A stretch of 64,000 bases of DNA from Gonapodya sp. JEL0774 (taxonomy: Eukaryota): the NCBI GenBank assembly GCA_027604505.1, contig JADIIX010000021.1, positions 124,001-188,000 of the forward strand, given 5' to 3'. The notes beneath the pieces were generated by a model. That model searched no databases. It was not told the origin of the DNA and saw only the letters and a program-made list of their open reading frames with translations. A program made the position numbers and the translations under genes. How positions within the stretch are numbered: position 1 is the first letter of the stretch; every line of letters begins with the position of its first letter. Below are positions 59,852 through 64,000 of this stretch, in pieces.

Positions 59852-61720
59852 TCACGAAGTTCCAGAACGCCCCAACATCACGATCAAATTCCCTCTCGCC
59901 CTTTCGCCTGCTTCTTCCATACCCCATTCTTTCCAATCTGCGAGTAAGCTGACCATGGACTGAACCGCAGGCTCAACGCGAGCGGGGGAGTCGCTTGTTC
60001 GTATTACAGCGGCGCGGTGACCAGCAGGATATGTGCCGAGTGAGAACAAAGACAATGCGTTCAAAATCAGGAACTTTGCCTCGCGACTTTTCCGCTTCCC
60101 GTTCAAACTCACTAGTCACTCTCCACCATCACTTTGCCTTCCTCCACGCTTTTGACCTTTTCCTTCCACCTCTCCGCTTCTGATCTACCATTTATCGCCG
60201 TTGAAAACGAACACCACACCATCCCGCGAGTGGCTTTTCTGAGCCGCATAAGGGTCTCCACCGAGCCCGAATACGAATGCATATGCAGCTTCAGTGGAAA
60301 AAGAGACGGAACGGGCTCTGGAACGGCCCCACCGGCCAACGCAGTCCTCAGAGCCTCCTGGTCTCGAGGTGCCAATTGCTCCCATCTAGTGACACCGCAT
60401 ACGCGCTCCACCGTGTCCACGAACACACCCCAAGCTCCCACGCCGTGGCATGATGCGGGGCGGTCCATGATGCGGGCGAGAAGTAGTTGAAAGTGAAGGA
60501 TGGAACGTTGATGAGTGAGACTGGGGCGGAGTGTTGGGAGGGAAGGGAGGGTGGCGAGGGCATCTTGGGTGGCATTTGGCATTTCTTTTTTCTTCATCTT
60601 CCAAGACTACCGAGAACTTGGACATACCTATCCCAACCTCCCCGACCACAGCCCAGGGGTTCCTTCTCAACCTTAATACCAACTCGCGACTCCAATCAAC
60701 GAAGGGTGTTGCTCGAGCGTAAAGGAACGCCGCAAAGGCGCGGGCGTGGGGCTCAAAATCCGCGTCGGGTTCCCGCAAATCAGAGGGTTCGTTAAGGTGA
60801 TCGAAGTCACTTTTCTGAGAGTGACGAGAGGCGCAACTGGCTACTTGGGAATTCAGAAACTCGCGGTATACGGTGCGGGATGCGATGAGGACCCGCGGCA
60901 GACGTTGTGATTCACATGGAGTGATCGAGGTTGAAGGGATAGGAGGGTGGGCGGATGGAGACGAGTCAAGAGCGGTGATCAAAGATGAGAAGTGACATGA
61001 TCCTGTTTCGTGGAATGATGGGGTGCTGTCGAGTTCGGTTGAAGTGACGACTGCTCGCGTGCTTTCGAGTTCAGTTGAAGTGACGTTAGTCGCTGCAGGG
61101 ATAGCATCATTGCCCGTGTTTGCTGTTGTTCTGCCTCGTCTGGGTTTAACAAGATCAAACATGCCTTCGGGGGAGTCGAGAGATGTTTCAATTGCGGGAT
61201 ATACTTTGGGTTTGGTATTTGGTTTTGGCGCTTTCATTGCCTTCGGTAGTAAAGCCTCATCCCCCCTCCCCTCACTGCCATCCCCGGATGCAGATATAAG
61301 TTGGGGCAATTCGGGGGGGCAGCGAACAGTCCACGCGTACCAGGGGTGCGTGCCGAAAGCTGGCACGACATATGGGTGGGGAAGGGGAGGGAGAGAAGGT
61401 GTGCAAGCAGTCCTTTCAGAATTATTGTCCGTAGAAATAGGTGGTGGGGCGAAATCCGAGTGCGGGGAGAGAAGAAATGGAGAACTAGAAGCAGAAGCCG
61501 GTGATGGAGACCGAGATGGAGATGGGAACATTGATGCACACGCCTCGACCGTGTCAAAATCAGCCGTTTCAACCGACATGAGCACCATTGGATTCACGCG
61601 CAAGGCGAGTTCACAGAGTGTGGAGACGAAGTCGGCGGGAAACTGCGAGCTTTCTACACCTGGGCCGTGTGACCAGGGGTAGAGCGCATCATGTAAATGT
61701 AAGTGCGCATCGGAAAGCAT
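59852..61720 (-). CDS. TatD-like metallo-dependent hydrolase (Scn1/YMR262W-type) with long low-complexity insertions
   Basis: DAHLHLHD, PAFGTHPWY, VVGEVGI, RPASCHGV, HMHSYSGS, SFSTAIN and VMVESD motifs in order. Confidence 0.85.
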
Positions 61721-62042
61721 CTGGATTCCCGTGCGGTGGCGACGAGCCGAGAGATCTGTGTATCCCGCTAGTGATGGCGCTCAATCGTGAGGACAATGTC
61801 GAGTCCCCAAAACTCGAGAATCAAGGATCGAATGCAAAGCTCCGAAATGCTTGTTAAAATTAGTTTAAATTTTTTAATGCTCTCGTATGAGCTCCGGGTT
61901 CCTTCCTGTTCGTCCACCCCAGATCAAAGTCATACGGCACCGATAGTGCCGGTTAGACCGTTTCCAAGTCTTTGCTCCGTATTCAAAAACATCATATACT
62001 ACAAAACAGTGGTATAGCTAAAAAAGAAAAAAAAGAGACTCC

Positions 62043-64000
62043 TCACTTCTTTCCAAAGAAAGCCGTCAGCTTCTGCTGCCCCTTATCCTCCTTTTTGTCT
62101 TTGTCCTTGACCTTCGTACCAGCCGCCTTGCCCGCACTTGCAGGTGACCCTTTCACCTGAACCTTGTTTGGCGCAGGTGAAGAAGCCAAATGCTTCTGGG
62201 CGGTTATGGGTTTCGAGGGTGTTGTGGATCTGACTTCATTGGCGAACTTGGCAAGTCCACTGTCAGAGGGTCCCTCTGCCTTCTTCTTCGCCGGCGGTGG
62301 TGTCAAAGTGTCCGACGTAGTGCCCGTCCCTCCATTGCCCCTCGACCTCTCACTCTTCCCTCTTTCCTCGTCCTCAGAATCAGTCTCCAACAACCGCTTC
62401 CTCTTCCCCGGCGTCACAAGAACGTTGCCTTGTGCCCCATCGCCTGTCCTACTTGCAAAGTGACCGTTTTGGTCGACCACACCGAGACCCGTCTCCGCGG
62501 CCGCGCTGGAGGGCACTGGGGAAAGAGACTCGCCGTGGTCTGGCTCTGGCGCGTCGTCCCGGGGTATGTCCTCGTCTTCGTCCGAGACGGGGATCGCATC
62601 GGGTTCCATGTCCATTTCTCTGCTCGAAGCAGCACCGTCAGCGGTGGCAGACGCGGGCTCAGTCGTAGCTTGGTGAGGTTGAGTGGCAGGTTGGTTCTGA
62701 TCTCGCTGGCTCTCTTTTCCCCTCATCGTCGTAGGCTGTTTACCAAAGAAACCTGCTATACTCTGCAATCCACGTTCGTTTCCTAGATTGGATTTCTTGG
62801 CCCTCGCTGCTCGTGCCACGGCGTCAGGATCCGCAGGACGGGTGAGTTCCTGTGCAATGTCCGTATTGGCGTCAGCAAAGACTGTCGCACCAGTGGCATG
62901 TACAAAGCCACACGGGACGGGTGACTGGTCATAAACCCCACCTCTCCATCATTCTTGATGTTGCCCACGTCCGGGGCAACCGCCCACCACTCAATCTCTT
63001 TCCCTTCAAACGGTCTCAGAAGCTCCACGATTCGCGGGTCCGATACGGGAATGGAGTGGTCGAGCCAGAGGTCTATGGCGGTTCGATGGGGTTGCTTGGT
63101 CGGGGAAGAGACTCTGGACGGTGAGAGTGGAAGTGGAGATGGCGAGAGAATGACGGGCATACGGTCGTGGAGCCAAGATAAGGCCGGAGATGACGAAGTG
63201 GTGATGATGGTGTAGGAGTAGACGTCGTTTCCTGTTTTTGAGGAGTGTGAGAGAAAGGGGTCAAACTCCCGCGAAGGGGGAACCAGAAACGGTACCATCG
63301 AGTGTAGCTTTGTCCCAGAGTCCTGCCATGAAGAAAAGATCTTTTCGATCATCGTCGGTGGGCCGTGTGGGCGCGTCTGGTTTCGTCTCTGTATCGTCTT
63401 CATCTTTCATTCGCTCGATCCCAACGTCCCGCTTTGGACTGCATTGCTCCTCCACCACCGTGGTGCTCCTAGATCGTACGCTGTCCGTGCTACTTGTAAC
63501 TCCACCGTCTCCATCTCCGTCCATGGGCAACCTCATGCTCCCTGGTCGGGGATGAACGTAGTAAGGAACTTTGGCAGACATGCCGCGAGATTTGTCCCAT
63601 TCGTAGAAGCTGGTCGAGCGTCATGCGGGATGTTTCAGGGAGGGAGATGAGAGAAAGGACGAGCTGGTCTGCACCGCCCCCCGCCACTTACCCTTCCGCC
63701 AAGACGACACAGCGCCTCTTGTTCTTCACTGCGCGGAACATGCTCTTTTCACTCGGTCCCGGCAGGATGGAATCGTCCCTGGCGTTGATTGTGCGGGCCA
63801 TGGAGGCGTAGTCGGGTGTGCTGAGGAGATTGGGAACAATTGTCACAATGTGAACGGAGAATCGACTCCTTGTCCCACAATGTGTGAGCTTACTCAACAG
63901 TTTTACGCACCTCTTTGACCAAAATGGAATAAGTCCCCATTTGTGGGATCGTAGAACTTTGTTCCCGCTTTCGTCGAACACAATAACGGGCTGCATTCGA
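62043..64000 (-). CDS. SRAP/HMCES abasic-site processing protein (5'-truncated by window edge)
   Basis: KWGLIPFWSK, TINARDDS, RRCVVLAEG|FYEW, FMAGLWD, SYTIITT, WLHDRMPVIL, then a disordered tail with QSIAGFF and QQKLTAFF (PIP-box-like). Confidence 0.9.

Noticed and set aside
62828..62842. GGATCCGCAGGACGGG match to the inverted-repeat arm near 22783
   Set aside because: An isolated ~16-mer match is roughly expected by chance in 64 kb and has no flanking similarity.

Overview
Eukaryotic, intron-rich genomic DNA with short GT..AG introns and several micro-exons. Gene content suggests an early-diverging (chytrid/monoblepharid-like) fungus; this is inference. There is one 10-N scaffold gap at 17711-17720. 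Most of the right half is housekeeping genes: PAS kinase, ILV1, OSTF1-like SH3-ankyrin, MCFD2-like, fatty-acid hydroxylase/desaturase, COG5, PUFA-type elongase, RIC1, eIF1, TatD-like and SRAP/HMCES. The standout is a ~23-exon gene (25277-31337, ~1,280 aa). It joins a mitochondrial-type presequence, a complete cytochrome-P450-reductase-like diflavin reductase (flavodoxin + FAD + NAD(P)H domains) and a full-length hybrid cluster protein (Hcp/prismane), with the reductase-Hcp junction inside one exon. This looks like a self-sufficient NO/hydroxylamine-reductase-like enzyme. The left third is more accessory. It holds two F-box genes around a CpG-depleted, decaying island with a Prim-Pol (AEP) relic, a class-3 lipase bracketed by diverged ~400-bp direct repeats, and a ~650-bp inverted repeat with structured-RNA features next to a 20-bp tandem array. 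A spliced Cys-rich secreted-type gene (31601-32533) that the ORF track does not reveal was also reconstructed. All exon boundaries were inferred by eye.
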